The notes: generated from the sequence alone by a model not told the origin. DNA of 32,000 bases from Nostoc sp. PCC 7120 = FACHB-418 (GCF_000009705.1 NC_003272.1:1020001-1052000); one strand, 5' to 3'; shown: positions 1 through 10,212, numbered from the stretch's first letter. Made by a program: numbers and translations.

Positions 1-36
1 CCATTCAGAGAGCAACTTGTATTTTTTTATGCTTCG

Positions 37-78
37 GTCATCAGTCATTAGTTAGTAATTATTACCCTCTGCTCATAC
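37..78. repeat. STRR-like run of degenerate tandem heptamers just past the stop of the 119..5677 gene
   Basis: In 7-nt phase it reads ggtcatc agtcatt agttagt aattatt accctct gctcata. Its tail (ttaccctctgctc) resembles the tail of the 7638..7722 array (ttctcctctgctc). Confidence 0.35.
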
Positions 79-118
79 CAATTAACAAAAAACATGATGC
101 TGATGAAAACTCTAAAAC

Positions 119-3100
119 CTATGCTGATTCACACTTTCTTAATTTTGCATTGGTATTAGTTGTTTCTCGACTTATTGCAGTATCAAAAGTCTGAATGGGT
201 ATTTCGATGGTGAACTCTGTACCCATGCCTGGGCTAGAGGAGCAAAGTAATTGACCACCATGCTTTTCTACCACGATCGCGTAACTGATCGATAGTCCTA
301 GACCTGTACCGCTACCCACTGGTTTAGTTGTAAAAAATGGGTCAAATATTTTACCGAGTACTGCATTGCTCATACCAGGGCCATTATCCGCAATGCGAAT
401 TAGTATTGATTCTGCATTTTTGACCTCTGTAGAAATGGTAATTGTCGGCTGTTTCTCTCTCCCTGGTTGATTACTTACATCTTCTTGCAAAGCGTCTATG
501 GCATTACTGAGGATGCTGATAAAGACTTGATTTAACTCGGAAGCATAACAGTAAATTTGTGGAATATTACCGTAGTTTTGTTTGACGGCTATAGGTAAGG
601 ATTGCCTATTTTGTTTAAATTTGAGCCGATGTTGCAAAATTAACAACGTGCTATCAATACCAGAGTGAATATCTACTCGTTTAATTCCCGCTTCATCCAA
701 TCGTGCAAACATCCGTAAAGAGGAAACAATCTCTTCTATGCGTTCCGCTCCAAAGCGCATAGATTTAAGCATTTTAGGCAAATCTTCAGTAATGAAATCT
801 AGTTCCATATCTGAGATTTTTTGCTGAATTTCTGGTAGGGGTTGGGAATATAATTTTTGGTATAAATTAATCAACTCTAATAAGGAGTTAACGTATTCGG
901 ATGTATAGGTCAAATTGCCGTAAATAAAGCTAACTGGGTTGTTAATTTCATGAGCAATACCAGCAACTAATTGACCCAGACTAGACATTTTTTCGGCTTG
1001 AACTAATTGCGATTGGGTTGAGGAAAGTTTTTGCAGTGCAGACTCTAATTGGTTGGCTTTTTCTTTTAATTCCTGAGTACGTTGCTCAACTTTTAATTCT
1101 AGATTTTGAGAGTATTCTGCTAGTTGGCCGTAAAGCTGGGCATTTTCTAGAGATATAGCAGCTTGCGCCATCAATAGGTTAATAACTTGTAGGCGATCGC
1201 TAGTAAATGCTCCTGTGGTTAAATGATTTTCTAGATATAGTATGCCCATCAATTTACCTTGCTTGATGATGGGAGTACATAACAAACTTTTAGGTTCTTT
1301 TTGTTGAATATAGGGATCTGAGATAAACAAATCCTCAGTTGTCGCATCATCAATCACTAAGGTTTGAGAGGTATGAGATACATAGTTAATTAAAGAGATG
1401 GGAATTTCGTCACTTTCTGCAATTGGGATTGATACCAAAATAGTTGATATGGGAACTTGATTGATTTTAGCGATCGCTTCAATTAATAATCTTTCATTTT
1501 TGAGTAAAACTAATACACATTTTTTCGCTCCCGCATTTTCAATTACCAATTCCATCAATGTAGAAAGTAATTTTTCCAGCTTAATTTCACTAGCTAGGGT
1601 TTGGGAAGCTTTAATGACACTAGACAAATCTAAGACATTAGAAATTGTCGTACTGTAATAATGAGTATTTTGTTGGGTTTGATGAATATGTGAGGAAGTA
1701 GAATCATTTTTGACAATTGTATCATTGGGGTTGAATATCAAATTTGAGCGTCGAGATAAGAGAGCAAACATCTGAGGATAGCGTTGCTCTAAATCCTTGA
1801 CTTTAGCTATAGCTCCCCAGCGTGTATAAGCATAATAAGCATCAGTAAAGTAAACTTGAGCTATTTTCTCTTTACCTGATTCCCAGTAAAATTTTGCTGC
1901 TAATTCACTGGCTAAAGCTTCTTCTTGTAAATATTTGTTTTCTTTAGCCTCGGCAATAGCGAGATCATAATAATTCATCGCCTCTAAATATTTACCAAGA
2001 ACACGATTTTGCTCGGCTGCTACCAAATAAAATTTATGCTGATGATTCATTGGGGCATAATCTGCCCATTGTTTGATTTTAGCTTGATTCTCACTAACCT
2101 TATGCAGAATCTCCTGTTGAATATCAACTGTTGTATGGGGATATAATGCTAAACGAGCCAGGGAATCATAAAATGGTAAAAGTACAACAACATATATTCC
2201 CAGAACACCATCTAAATACTGTTCAGCAATTTCTGCGTGTTTAATTGCCTGTTCATAGTCACAAAACAAGTAACAAAGAATCAGTTTGTTGATATATAAA
2301 TGATAAATAGCTGGGCGATCACTTGCCTGTTGATGTATTGGTAACATCACTTCTTCATCATATATATGTCCCTTAATTTGTAGCTGGTTTTCTGTATCAC
2401 CAAGCAAGCAGTAAACAGACTGGTAATAGATGTTAAGATAATTGAGGGATGTCTTTTGCTTAAATTGAGCGATCGCCTGAGCATAGCTAGACATTTCTTG
2501 TTCTAGGCTATATAGTTCTGTTCCAGATAAATATAAATAAAGAGTATAGGAAAAAGCACACCAAGCCGACCATTCCAAGTCTCCAGTTTCCCAACCACTA
2601 TGATACCCTTCAATAAATAGTGGAAATGTAGACTTGAGAGGTTTTTTCCAATGTTTTATCAAACAATTAACTACACAAAAAGTTTTTGCTTTTATTTCCT
2701 TAGCATCTAACTTAGATACCAAATTTAAAGCCAAGTTGCCAAATTCGTAGCCAGCATCAATATCTCCCATGAATGTGAGTAAAATTGCGCCATAACTAGC
2801 GTAAGCAAAGGCTGAAACAGGTGCATTACCATACTTAACTGATAATATTATTTCCTCACAAATCAATGGAGGAAACATTGCTGGATAGCCATTATAAGCA
2901 GCACCAAACATACTAGAAAGAATAGATAATGCTGCTAATTTTTCAGGATTATCCATTTTGGGTAAATTAATTAAATCTGAAGTTTTATTACCCATTAGTA
3001 CTGAATTTGCAGCTTGGAGTGACTTGACAATGTCTGTTTGTGTAGGTTTAGGAGGTAAATTTACACCTAGCATTTGCAAGACTGGCAAAGCAGTTTCAAT

Positions 3101-5677
3101 ACCTAGTAACAGTTGATTTTGGGCAATACAGGCTTGAATTTTAATGCTATATATCTTGACTTTATCTAGTAATGCTTTAGCGTTTTCAAGCACAGTTTCA
3201 GCTAGGATTTCCATCCTATGAAATTCTGTACTGAGATAGGCTACTTCCACTGCTTCTAAATATAGTGATAATGTCAATTCATATTGATCTTCCCAGCAAC
3301 TAGCTGTTAGTAATTCTATGCCTGAATTTATATATTCCACTGCTGCACCGTAAGCAGTAGCACTTTTAGCTTTAGTTCCAGCCTGTAAATTTAGTTGTGC
3401 TAATTCATGACGTGCTGGCGCTGCTGTAATTAAATCTACTCCAATATTAAATTGATTGACTATTTCAAAAATCTTTTCTTCTCTGATTTCCGGGGTGCTA
3501 TTAACTAACATCAACTGCCCAATTTTCAGGTGGGTAAAATTTTTGTCATTTTCAGGAATTAAAGTATATGCAGCTTGTTGAACACGGTCATGGAGAAACT
3601 TATATTCAACTGTGATAGGTTCAATATTATTATTTAATTTCTGAGAATCATCAAGGGATAAATCTTCTTGAAAGAATCTATAAACCTTGTTTGTTGGAAT
3701 TATTAACCCCTCTCTTAAAGCCGTCCATAAAGCTGCTGCTGTTTCTGGAAGAGACTTTTCATAAATATTTGCCAGGACAGATAAATTAAAATGATTATTA
3801 ATGCAAGCAGCTAATTTCAAAACATTCTGTGTTACTTCAGGTAACTTTTGCAGTTGTAATGACATAAAATCAACAACATCATCTGTTAGAGATAATGTCT
3901 TAACTTGGGCTATATTGCATTCCCAAAAACCTTTTTCAAAATTAAAGCTAATTAAATTTTCATTATATAAATATTTCAGAAACTGATTACTAAAAAAAGG
4001 ATTGCCTTGTGTTTTCTGATATACTAATTGTGTTAATGGTAAAGCCACTTCTGTAGTGCATTTGAGAGTGTCAGCAACAAGATAGTTTAAATCTAAAGTA
4101 TTTAGAGGTTTTAGAGTAATAGTCTCGATATTTTCTGCGTGTTTTTGGATATCTTGTAGGGTTAAGATTAGTGGATGTCCTGAAGAGACTTCGTTATCAC
4201 GATAGGCTCCTATCAGTAGTAGATAATGATTATCTATTTGGCTCATCAATAACTGAATTAACTTTAATGATGCGGAGTCAGCCCATTGTAAATCATCGAG
4301 AAAAATGACTAGAGGATGTTCCTTAGTTGTGAAAACTTGAATAAACTTCAAGAAGAGTGTACTAAAGCGATTTTGTGCTGCACTAGGTTCAAGTTCTGTA
4401 ACTTGACGTTGCTGACCGATGATTGATTGGAGTTCGGGGATAACATCGATAATTACCTGACCTTGTTCTCCCAATGCGGCTAAAATCTGTGTTTTCCAGT
4501 CTTGAATTTGAGTATTGGCTTCACTCAATAATTGTCCCATCAAATCCTGAAATGATTGGACAATGGCAGATAAAGGTATATTCCGTTGGAATTGGTCATA
4601 TTTACCCTTAATGAAATACCCACTTTGTTTCACAATTGGTTTGTGGATTTCGTTAACAATTGCGGTTTTCCCGATACCAGAGAAACCCGCAACTAATATC
4701 ATTTCCCTATTTCCTTGGGATACTCTCTCAAAGGCGGCGAGTAATTGTTGGACTTCTGCTTGGCGACCATACAGTTTTTCTGGGATAATGAAGCGATCGC
4801 AAATATCCCTACTCCCCAATTCAAAAACGCTAATTTCTCCTTGGGTTTGCCATTGTTTCCAGCAAGTTTCCAAATCATGTTTTAACCCCAAAGCGCTTTG
4901 GTATCTGTCTTCAGCATTTTTAGCCATCAGCTTGAAGGCAATGTTAGACACAGCTAAAGGAATAGTAGAATTAATGTCGTGGACTTGTGGCGGACGTTTG
5001 GCAATATGACAATGGAGTAATTTCATGGGGTCATCACAGTAAAAAGGTAACTGTCCTGTGAGGAGTTCAAAGAAAGTCACCCCAAGAGAATAAAAATCGC
5101 TGCGATAGTCAATTCCCCGGTTCATGCGTCCCGTTTGTTCTGGTGAAAGGTAAGCCAGGGTTCCTTCCAAAACATTGGGACTAGTCAGAGTTTGGGTTTC
5201 TCTGGGAAGAAGGGATGCAATTCCAAAGTCAATTAATCTAATTTCTTTAGTTATGGGATTAATGAGGATGTTGCTGGGTTTAATGTCTTTGTGAATCACC
5301 CGACTCCGATACAGTCCATCTAAGATGGTGACAATTTGAATAGCTATATGAAAAAACTCATCTAAAGATATTTCACTATTCTGAATTGACCAATCTTTGA
5401 GAGAAACTCCTCCAAAATCTTCCATTACTAGAGCATAACTATTTTCATAATTTTCTAGACTATAAGTTTTAATAATTCCAGAAATATGGAGATTCTTAGT
5501 AATGGTATATTGATTACGGAATTGTACTAATTCACTAAAGCTAGGATATTCATACCGCAACATTTTAATAACTATTGGCTTTTGATCTTCTTCTCTAATA
5601 CCTCGATAAACTAGAGTTCTTGTTCCAGCATAAATTTGCGTCAAATTTTGATAGCCAACTAACCTAAGCATAGTCAC
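119..5677 (-). CDS. Multidomain hybrid kinase: Ser/Thr kinase - P-loop NTPase (AAA_16/STAND-like) - helical TPR-like region - GAF - histidine kinase (HstK-type architecture)
   Basis: Uninterrupted 1852-aa ORF. Hanks kinase motifs are present: VIKML lysine, HKDIKPSN catalytic loop, DFG, LAYLSPEQ. Walker A is GFSGIGKT and Walker B is VIFLDDLQWAD. The C-terminus has an H-box AHEINNP (His codon 950..952), N-box SNAIDAL, DNGPGM and GTGLGLS. The ORF-track start at 5677 is GTG; an in-frame ATG lies at 5671. Confidence 0.9.
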   Translation of the reverse strand: MTMLRLVGYQNLTQIYAGTRTLVYRGIREEDQKPIVIKMLRYEYPSFSELVQFRNQYTITKNLHISGIIKTYSLENYENSYALVMEDFGGVSLKDWSIQNSEISLDEFFHIAIQIVTILDGLYRSRVIHKDIKPSNILINPITKEIRLIDFGIASLLPRETQTLTSPNVLEGTLAYLSPEQTGRMNRGIDYRSDFYSLGVTFFELLTGQLPFYCDDPMKLLHCHIAKRPPQVHDINSTIPLAVSNIAFKLMAKNAEDRYQSALGLKHDLETCWKQWQTQGEISVFELGSRDICDRFIIPEKLYGRQAEVQQLLAAFERVSQGNREMILVAGFSGIGKTAIVNEIHKPIVKQSGYFIKGKYDQFQRNIPLSAIVQSFQDLMGQLLSEANTQIQDWKTQILAALGEQGQVIIDVIPELQSIIGQQRQVTELEPSAAQNRFSTLFLKFIQVFTTKEHPLVIFLDDLQWADSASLKLIQLLMSQIDNHYLLLIGAYRDNEVSSGHPLILTLQDIQKHAENIETITLKPLNTLDLNYLVADTLKCTTEVALPLTQLVYQKTQGNPFFSNQFLKYLYNENLISFNFEKGFWECNIAQVKTLSLTDDVVDFMSLQLQKLPEVTQNVLKLAACINNHFNLSVLANIYEKSLPETAAALWTALREGLIIPTNKVYRFFQEDLSLDDSQKLNNNIEPITVEYKFLHDRVQQAAYTLIPENDKNFTHLKIGQLMLVNSTPEIREEKIFEIVNQFNIGVDLITAAPARHELAQLNLQAGTKAKSATAYGAAVEYINSGIELLTASCWEDQYELTLSLYLEAVEVAYLSTEFHRMEILAETVLENAKALLDKVKIYSIKIQACIAQNQLLLGIETALPVLQMLGVNLPPKPTQTDIVKSLQAANSVLMGNKTSDLINLPKMDNPEKLAALSILSSMFGAAYNGYPAMFPPLICEEIILSVKYGNAPVSAFAYASYGAILLTFMGDIDAGYEFGNLALNLVSKLDAKEIKAKTFCVVNCLIKHWKKPLKSTFPLFIEGYHSGWETGDLEWSAWCAFSYTLYLYLSGTELYSLEQEMSSYAQAIAQFKQKTSLNYLNIYYQSVYCLLGDTENQLQIKGHIYDEEVMLPIHQQASDRPAIYHLYINKLILCYLFCDYEQAIKHAEIAEQYLDGVLGIYVVVLLPFYDSLARLALYPHTTVDIQQEILHKVSENQAKIKQWADYAPMNHQHKFYLVAAEQNRVLGKYLEAMNYYDLAIAEAKENKYLQEEALASELAAKFYWESGKEKIAQVYFTDAYYAYTRWGAIAKVKDLEQRYPQMFALLSRRSNLIFNPNDTIVKNDSTSSHIHQTQQNTHYYSTTISNVLDLSSVIKASQTLASEIKLEKLLSTLMELVIENAGAKKCVLVLLKNERLLIEAIAKINQVPISTILVSIPIAESDEIPISLINYVSHTSQTLVIDDATTEDLFISDPYIQQKEPKSLLCTPIIKQGKLMGILYLENHLTTGAFTSDRLQVINLLMAQAAISLENAQLYGQLAEYSQNLELKVEQRTQELKEKANQLESALQKLSSTQSQLVQAEKMSSLGQLVAGIAHEINNPVSFIYGNLTYTSEYVNSLLELINLYQKLYSQPLPEIQQKISDMELDFITEDLPKMLKSMRFGAERIEEIVSSLRMFARLDEAGIKRVDIHSGIDSTLLILQHRLKFKQNRQSLPIAVKQNYGNIPQIYCYASELNQVFISILSNAIDALQEDVSNQPGREKQPTITISTEVKNAESILIRIADNGPGMSNAVLGKIFDPFFTTKPVGSGTGLGLSISYAIVVEKHGGQLLCSSSPGMGTEFTIEIPIQTFDTAISRETTNTNAKLRKCESA

Positions 5678-5962
5678 TTGATATATAGATACTTTTTGAG
5701 ACTAGGGCTAGTTTTGCATTTTTGCAGGAGTATTTAAACGTAATTTTTCGCCTTTAACAAAAACTTTAACACCTGCGTATTATTTAATTAGATGTTTTTC
5801 AGTAATTACTCGTATATTACTGATACACAAAAATTTACTATTGAGATTGAACTAAATTATCTAAGGGGATAAAAGTTAAGAATGTAAGAACTTTACTGTT
5901 TTCCATCCTCACACCCCCGTACTTTGATGCCCGAATTTACTAATTTTCCAGCCCCAAATCTC

Positions 5963-6502
5963 CTATGCCTTATTGTGGTACCATTCGTACCATTCTTTAG
6001 CACTACGCACAGCAAACCAAAGCAAGATTAAAGCGATTACTCCACCTTGCCAAGGAGCATCAAAAGCAAAAAGCACTAGAGCTACACACAAAGTATCTTG
6101 CAGAAAAACCGCCCACAGTGGCAAACCACGCAAGCGATAAAACCAACCTACTTGAACTAGTTGCAGGACCAAAGCCAGTGAACTTCCTATAGTAATAATT
6201 AGCCAATTTGGGGTTGCTGTTGCGGAAACTACTGCTAAACCCATAATTGCTCCTGCAAGGGGAGATAATAATAACTGAATAACTTGTAAAATTCTTTGTC
6301 CCCACAATTTTTTAGAGGCAAACAATTCCACTAATGAGTAAGTGATTAAACAGCCTAACAGAACTGGCGAAGAAATATGAGATAAAACTGGAATATGTGA
6401 CCAAAAATTACTTCCATGCAACAATCCAATAATCAATAAAGGTACGCCTATTCTGATTCCGGCTGCCGCAGAAGCAGAAAGTGTTGCCAGGATTTCAATC
6501 AT
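5963..6502 (-). CDS. Integral membrane protein, DUF4126-like
   Basis: 179-aa ORF with an ATG start and about 5 hydrophobic helices (GIRIGVPLLIIGLL..., LSPLAGAIMGLAVV...). The family assignment is from memory of DUF4126 sequence character, not a search. Confidence 0.65.
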   Translation of the reverse strand: MIEILATLSASAAAGIRIGVPLLIIGLLHGSNFWSHIPVLSHISSPVLLGCLITYSLVELFASKKLWGQRILQVIQLLLSPLAGAIMGLAVVSATATPNWLIITIGSSLALVLQLVQVGWFYRLRGLPLWAVFLQDTLCVALVLFAFDAPWQGGVIALILLWFAVRSAKEWYEWYHNKA

Positions 6503-6794
6503 GAGATAAACTCAGAAAATTAACAAATAAGTGGGTATTTATTATTGAGATTACCCATAATCTTGAATAATTCCCGCAGCAATCTGAAATTACTTATTAT
6601 GGCTTAATATTTTGGTGTTGCACATTCGCGGGAAAATGCTTGCTTTCAAATTATCAGGTAAGGTACAAACCTGGGTAGGGTAGGTTATTGACGTTAAATT
6701 CTAACGCACCAACAGTACTGGCAGGTACATTAGCCTACGGCATAACAGACCCTACAAAATTGGATTGGAACTGCGATAATTTGAATCCCGGAAA

Positions 6795-6819
6795 GTGTAG
6801 GGAATTTGAACACCTACAC
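6795..6819 (-). terminator. Candidate intrinsic terminator hairpin downstream of rpiA
   Basis: gtgtagg (6795..6801) pairs with cctacac (6813..6819) across an 11-nt loop. On the minus strand the stem is followed by UUUCC. It lies 9 nt past the rpiA stop. Confidence 0.35.
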
Positions 6820-6827
6820 CCTGAGTT

Positions 6828-7538
6828 CTATAGTCGTCTGACTAGTGGCTGACCGTCTTTGACTTCACCAACTAAAACTATGTCTGCACAGTTGACGAAG
6901 ATACCATTCTCTAGAACCCCAGGAATATTATTCAATATTTTTTCGAGGTTAACTGGGTCGTCAATAGAGTCAAATCGGACATCTAAGACAAAGTTACCTT
7001 GGTCGGTGATCACTGGCCCGGCTTTTTTTACACCCATACGCAGTTCTGGTTTGCCACCTAGTTGCTTAATGGCATTGGTGACGGGGGTGATTGCCATTGG
7101 GATGACTTCTACTGGTACAGCAAAAACCGAACCTAAGCGGTCTACTAATTTACCACTATCTACTACGACGATGAATTGATTGGCTAAGTAATCAACCACT
7201 TTTTCACGGGTATGGGCTGCACCACCACCTTTAATCAAGTTTTTGTGGGGGTCAACTTCATCAGCCCCATCAATAGCGATATCAATATGATCTACAGCGT
7301 CTAAGGTTGTGAGAGGAACACCATATTGCTTGGACAAAACTTCTGACTGAAATGAGGTCGGAATACCAACAATATCGGTTAGTTCACCAGACTTGAGGCG
7401 ATCGCCTAAATATTGAATTGTGTAAGCTGTAGTTGACCCTGTACCTAAGCCTACAATTGAGCCGGACTTTACCAAGGCGGCGGCGGCTTTGCCTACTTCT
7501 TGCTTCATCAAAGTCACGGGGTCTGCTGTAACGGTCAT
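6828..7538 (-). CDS. rpiA: Ribose-5-phosphate isomerase A
   Basis: Strong RpiA signature: [43 protein letters not shown]. The ORF-track start at 7544 is TTG. The ATG at 7538 has AGGAG 8 nt upstream, so I prefer 7538. Confidence 0.92.
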   Translation of the reverse strand: MTVTADPVTLMKQEVGKAAAALVKSGSIVGLGTGSTTAYTIQYLGDRLKSGELTDIVGIPTSFQSEVLSKQYGVPLTTLDAVDHIDIAIDGADEVDPHKNLIKGGGAAHTREKVVDYLANQFIVVVDSGKLVDRLGSVFAVPVEVIPMAITPVTNAIKQLGGKPELRMGVKKAGPVITDQGNFVLDVRFDSIDDPVNLEKILNNIPGVLENGIFVNCADIVLVGEVKDGQPLVRRL

Positions 7539-7637
7539 TCCCAAAACTCCTGAAATTATCGACTAAACAGATGGCACTATCACAGCAGACTATACTACAT
7601 TCGCGGGAACTCGAAGTGTATCTGGCTAAAGAAATTG

Positions 7638-7722
7638 TGGTTGTTGTTAGTTGTCAGTTGTCATTGGTCATTCTCCTCTGCTCCCCCTGCTCCCCCTGCT
7701 TCCTGCCCCTTGCCCCCTGCCT
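7638..7722. repeat. STRR-like tandem heptamer / C-rich short-repeat array abutting the TPR gene stop
   Basis: gttgtca gttgtca ttggtca (TTGGTCA is the published STRR2 unit), then ctgctcccc x2 and ctgcttc ctgcccc ttgcccc ctgcctc. It fills most of the spacer between the TPR stop (7723) and the rpiA start. Confidence 0.6.
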
Positions 7723-9540
7723 CTACTTCAATCCAGCTATGATTTCCAGAATTTGTTGATAGTTTTGTGTGTTGCCCTCTTGGGAGTAAAGGTCAGCCGA
7801 TTTTTGGAAGTCAGCGATCGCTGCTTGATAGTCGCCACGATTGCGGAGAATGTCGGCTCGGAGGAGGTAAGCTGAAGCCCAATGAGGATGAAACTTCAGG
7901 GCTTGATTTAAGTCAGCTAGTGCTTCTTCTAGGTATCCCAAGAGTAAATGGCTACGGCCTCGATTGTACCAGTCTTCGGCATAACCGGGGTTGATGGCGA
8001 TTGATTGGGTATAATCTGCAACTGCCCCTTGATAATCTTGTAAGGCGTAACGAGCATGGGCGCGATCGCTGTAATATCTTGCAGATTCTGGCTGTAGTTC
8101 CAAGGCTTGGGTATAATCGGCGATCGCACTGCGATAATTTTGTTGATCGTAGTGCAGCGAACCTCGGTTATAGTAGGCTTCGCTAAGTTGGGGATTGATT
8201 GTTAGGGCTTGATTGTAGTCTGTTACGGCTCCCTTGGTATCTCCCAACTGACGGCGGGCATTGCCTCGATTGCAGTAAGCGGGGGCAAAATCTGGGGATA
8301 TGCGAATGGATTGTGTATAGTCTGCTATTGCGCCAATAAAGTCCCGTAAGGCTTCGTGGGCAATGGCTCGACCGTAATATGCTTCAGCAATATTAGGATT
8401 AATTTGTAATGCCTGATTGTAATCAGCAATGGCTCCCCGATAATCGCCTAAGCAACGGCGGGATGTGGCGCGATCGCAATATCCGGCGGCGAAATTGGGT
8501 TGTAGTTCTAGTAAACGATTACCATCTGCTAAGGCGCTGGGGTAGTCTCCTAGATGGCGGTAGATATTGGCGCGCACACCATAGACTACAGCTAATTCAG
8601 AATTTAGCTGTAATGATTGGTTGTAGTCTGCTAATGCACTTTGATAGTCTTGCCAAGCCTCATAAATTAATCCCCGTTGGTAATATGCTTGTGCATCGTT
8701 GGGGTTGAAATTTAAGACTTGGTTGAAATCTGCGAAGGCTTGTTGATATTCGTGTAGATAAAAACTAATCAGACCGCGATTATAATATGCTCCTACTTGA
8801 TGAGGATTAATTTCTAGTGTGCGGTTGTAATCGGCGATCGCTTTTTGATAGGCGCCTAAGGCGTAGTGAGCGTTACCTCTGTTTTGGTAAGCTTCGGCTA
8901 GGTTGGGGTCTAATTGTACCGCCCGTTCATGGTCGGCGATCGCTTGTCGGTACTCTCCCAATTTATAGTAAATGTTCCCGCGAATGCTGTAAGCTGCGGC
9001 AAAGTAAGGATGCCATTGCAACGCTTGTTGTAAATCTATAATTGCTTCCTGATAATTACCTTGGTCGTTGTTATTCAAGCCCCGGTAATAATAGGCATTC
9101 GCAATATCTTCATTAATATTACTGGCTAACAGAGGATCAAACTCAATGGTGCTGATATAGTTGGCAATTGCTTGATCGTAGTCACCTTGAGCTAAGTAAG
9201 CGTTACCTCGACAATAATAATATTCTGCGAATGTAGGATTTATTTGTAATGCTTGATCATAATCAGCGATCGCTGCTGTAAAGTCTGCTAGACAGTAACG
9301 CGCATTCGCCCGATGATAGTAAGCCTGGGCATAATTAGGATTAATTTCTACCGCTAGATTAAAAAAGGCGATCGCCCCCTGATAATCTTTCAGTTCACGG
9401 CTAAAAGTAATCCCTCGTTTACAGTAAGTTTCCGCATCAATCCTGCGATTGGTTGGCTTAGTGCCACCAACGACCGTTCTTTGATATTCTCTCGATAAAT
9501 TATCGGATAATCCCTGATTAAAAAAATAGTCAGCATTCAT
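7723..9540 (-). CDS. Tetratricopeptide (TPR) repeat protein, about 15 consecutive 34-aa repeats
   Basis: 605-aa ORF. It repeats the pattern A(E/Q)AYYNRG....LGDYQ.AIADY.QAL.INP almost without spacers after a roughly 45-aa N-terminal leader. Confidence 0.9.
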   Translation of the reverse strand: MNADYFFNQGLSDNLSREYQRTVVGGTKPTNRRIDAETYCKRGITFSRELKDYQGAIAFFNLAVEINPNYAQAYYHRANARYCLADFTAAIADYDQALQINPTFAEYYYCRGNAYLAQGDYDQAIANYISTIEFDPLLASNINEDIANAYYYRGLNNNDQGNYQEAIIDLQQALQWHPYFAAAYSIRGNIYYKLGEYRQAIADHERAVQLDPNLAEAYQNRGNAHYALGAYQKAIADYNRTLEINPHQVGAYYNRGLISFYLHEYQQAFADFNQVLNFNPNDAQAYYQRGLIYEAWQDYQSALADYNQSLQLNSELAVVYGVRANIYRHLGDYPSALADGNRLLELQPNFAAGYCDRATSRRCLGDYRGAIADYNQALQINPNIAEAYYGRAIAHEALRDFIGAIADYTQSIRISPDFAPAYCNRGNARRQLGDTKGAVTDYNQALTINPQLSEAYYNRGSLHYDQQNYRSAIADYTQALELQPESARYYSDRAHARYALQDYQGAVADYTQSIAINPGYAEDWYNRGRSHLLLGYLEEALADLNQALKFHPHWASAYLLRADILRNRGDYQAAIADFQKSADLYSQEGNTQNYQQILEIIAGLK

Positions 9541-9829
9541 CTATTTTTTCGTGCTATTACACTCCATTAAAACTATGATGTAGGCATAAATCGCCCCAGC
9601 TACTAGTCGGAGTAGTTTAAACATCACTACTAATAGAGTAAGATATTTGTCTTAATTAAACAATTGAGTTAATCATAAGATATACATCTAGCTGTTGTGA
9701 AAGCAATATTTATCTCATTCTATTGCAATATATGAAGATAGCCACATTGCGGGTATCATCCAAATATATATAAAATCTAAAACTTTTCTCCGACCTATGG
9801 GACTAGACGCGTGCGATGGAGACGGCAAT

Positions 9830-10024
9830 ATGTACAGCAAAGAAGACATCCAAGCCATGCTGGATAGCATGAATGTGTCAGAGATGCTCAAGATTATGTC
9901 GCAAATTTGTTACGAAAAAGCAGAAATTCTCCGCTCTGACTGGCAAGACATAGAAACAGCTAGAGCCTGGGAAAAAGTTGGTAGAGCTGTTGGCAAAATC
10001 AAAATCAAAACTGAGCTATATTAA
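9830..10024 (+). CDS. Small hypothetical protein (64 aa from the preferred start; the ORF extends to 9797)
   Basis: The ATG at 9830 has GGAGA 7 nt upstream. There are no recognisable motifs. A weak hairpin with a T5 run lies about 50 nt downstream (10075..10105). Confidence 0.45.
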   Translation: MYSKEDIQAMLDSMNVSEMLKIMSQICYEKAEILRSDWQDIETARAWEKVGRAVGKIKIKTELY

Positions 10025-10074
10025 GTAGCTACTAACAAGCTACCTATTAGCCACCTAAGTATATACTTATAAAT

Positions 10075-10105
10075 TCGTGTTCAGAGAATAGTTCACACGA
10101 TTTTT
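10075..10105 (+). terminator. Weak intrinsic-terminator-like hairpin plus T-run after the small ORF
   Basis: tcgtgt (10075..10080) pairs with acacga (10095..10100) and is followed by ttttt (10101..10105). Further hairpins follow: gggtgaat/attcaccc (10116..10143) and agcac/gtgct (10150..10163). Confidence 0.3.
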
Positions 10106-10212
10106 AAATACTTAAGGGTGAATTCTTTAAACAGGATTCACCCACAAACAGCACTTTTGTGCTATCTAGTTATTGTCTTGCGAAAGTGGGAAAGGAAACA
10201 GTGACAAGTCAT

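Noticed and set aside
4563-5009. The 148-aa + strand ORF inside the first kinase gene. Similar antisense or overlapping ORFs in the track include 1461..1658, 3801..3986, 6060..6305, 6859..7179, 7571..8186, 8409..9041, 10159..10404, 10358..10687, 11392..11752, 13022..13360, 14184..14384, 14969..15280, 15941..16126, 16902..17141, 17390..17635, 18568..18789, 20623..20859, 23815..24000, 24062..24274 and 26105..26359.
   Set aside because: Each lies wholly or largely within, or antisense to, a longer ORF with clear family motifs. Their translations are low-complexity or Cys/Ser/Arg-rich shadow sequences with no recognisable motifs.
5906-5914. tcctcacac in the DUF4126-kinase spacer, resembling the conserved single-stranded core (ACUCCUCACAC, as I recall it) of the cyanobacterial sRNA Yfr1.
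   Set aside because: Only 9 nt match. An upstream hairpin (aaagtt...aacttt) exists, but there is no downstream terminator stem-loop with a U-run as expected for Yfr1.
6622-6634. A 13-mer acattcgcgggaa present as a direct repeat on both sides of rpiA (6622..6634 and 7597..7609).
   Set aside because: It is short enough to arise by chance, and the flanks do not match. rpiA is a core gene with no sign of mobility. It might be a shared regulatory word, but I cannot support that from one window.
6640-6790. A GTAGGGT...ACCCTAC / GTAGG...CCTAC nested stem region downstream of rpiA, considered as a possible structured ncRNA or tRNA-like gene.
   Set aside because: It has no tRNA cloverleaf features (no T-loop GTTCGAATC-type box, no acceptor/anticodon geometry) and does not match any RNA family I can recognise. 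It more likely belongs to the same class of GTAGG-type palindromic repeats as 28211..28285.
7638-7722. Whether the short tandem repeats here and at 13402..13464 and 28126..28174 could be a CRISPR array.
   Set aside because: The repeat unit is 7 nt with no unique spacers of about 30-40 nt between longer repeats, and no cas genes are nearby. The pattern fits cyanobacterial STRR-type heptamers.
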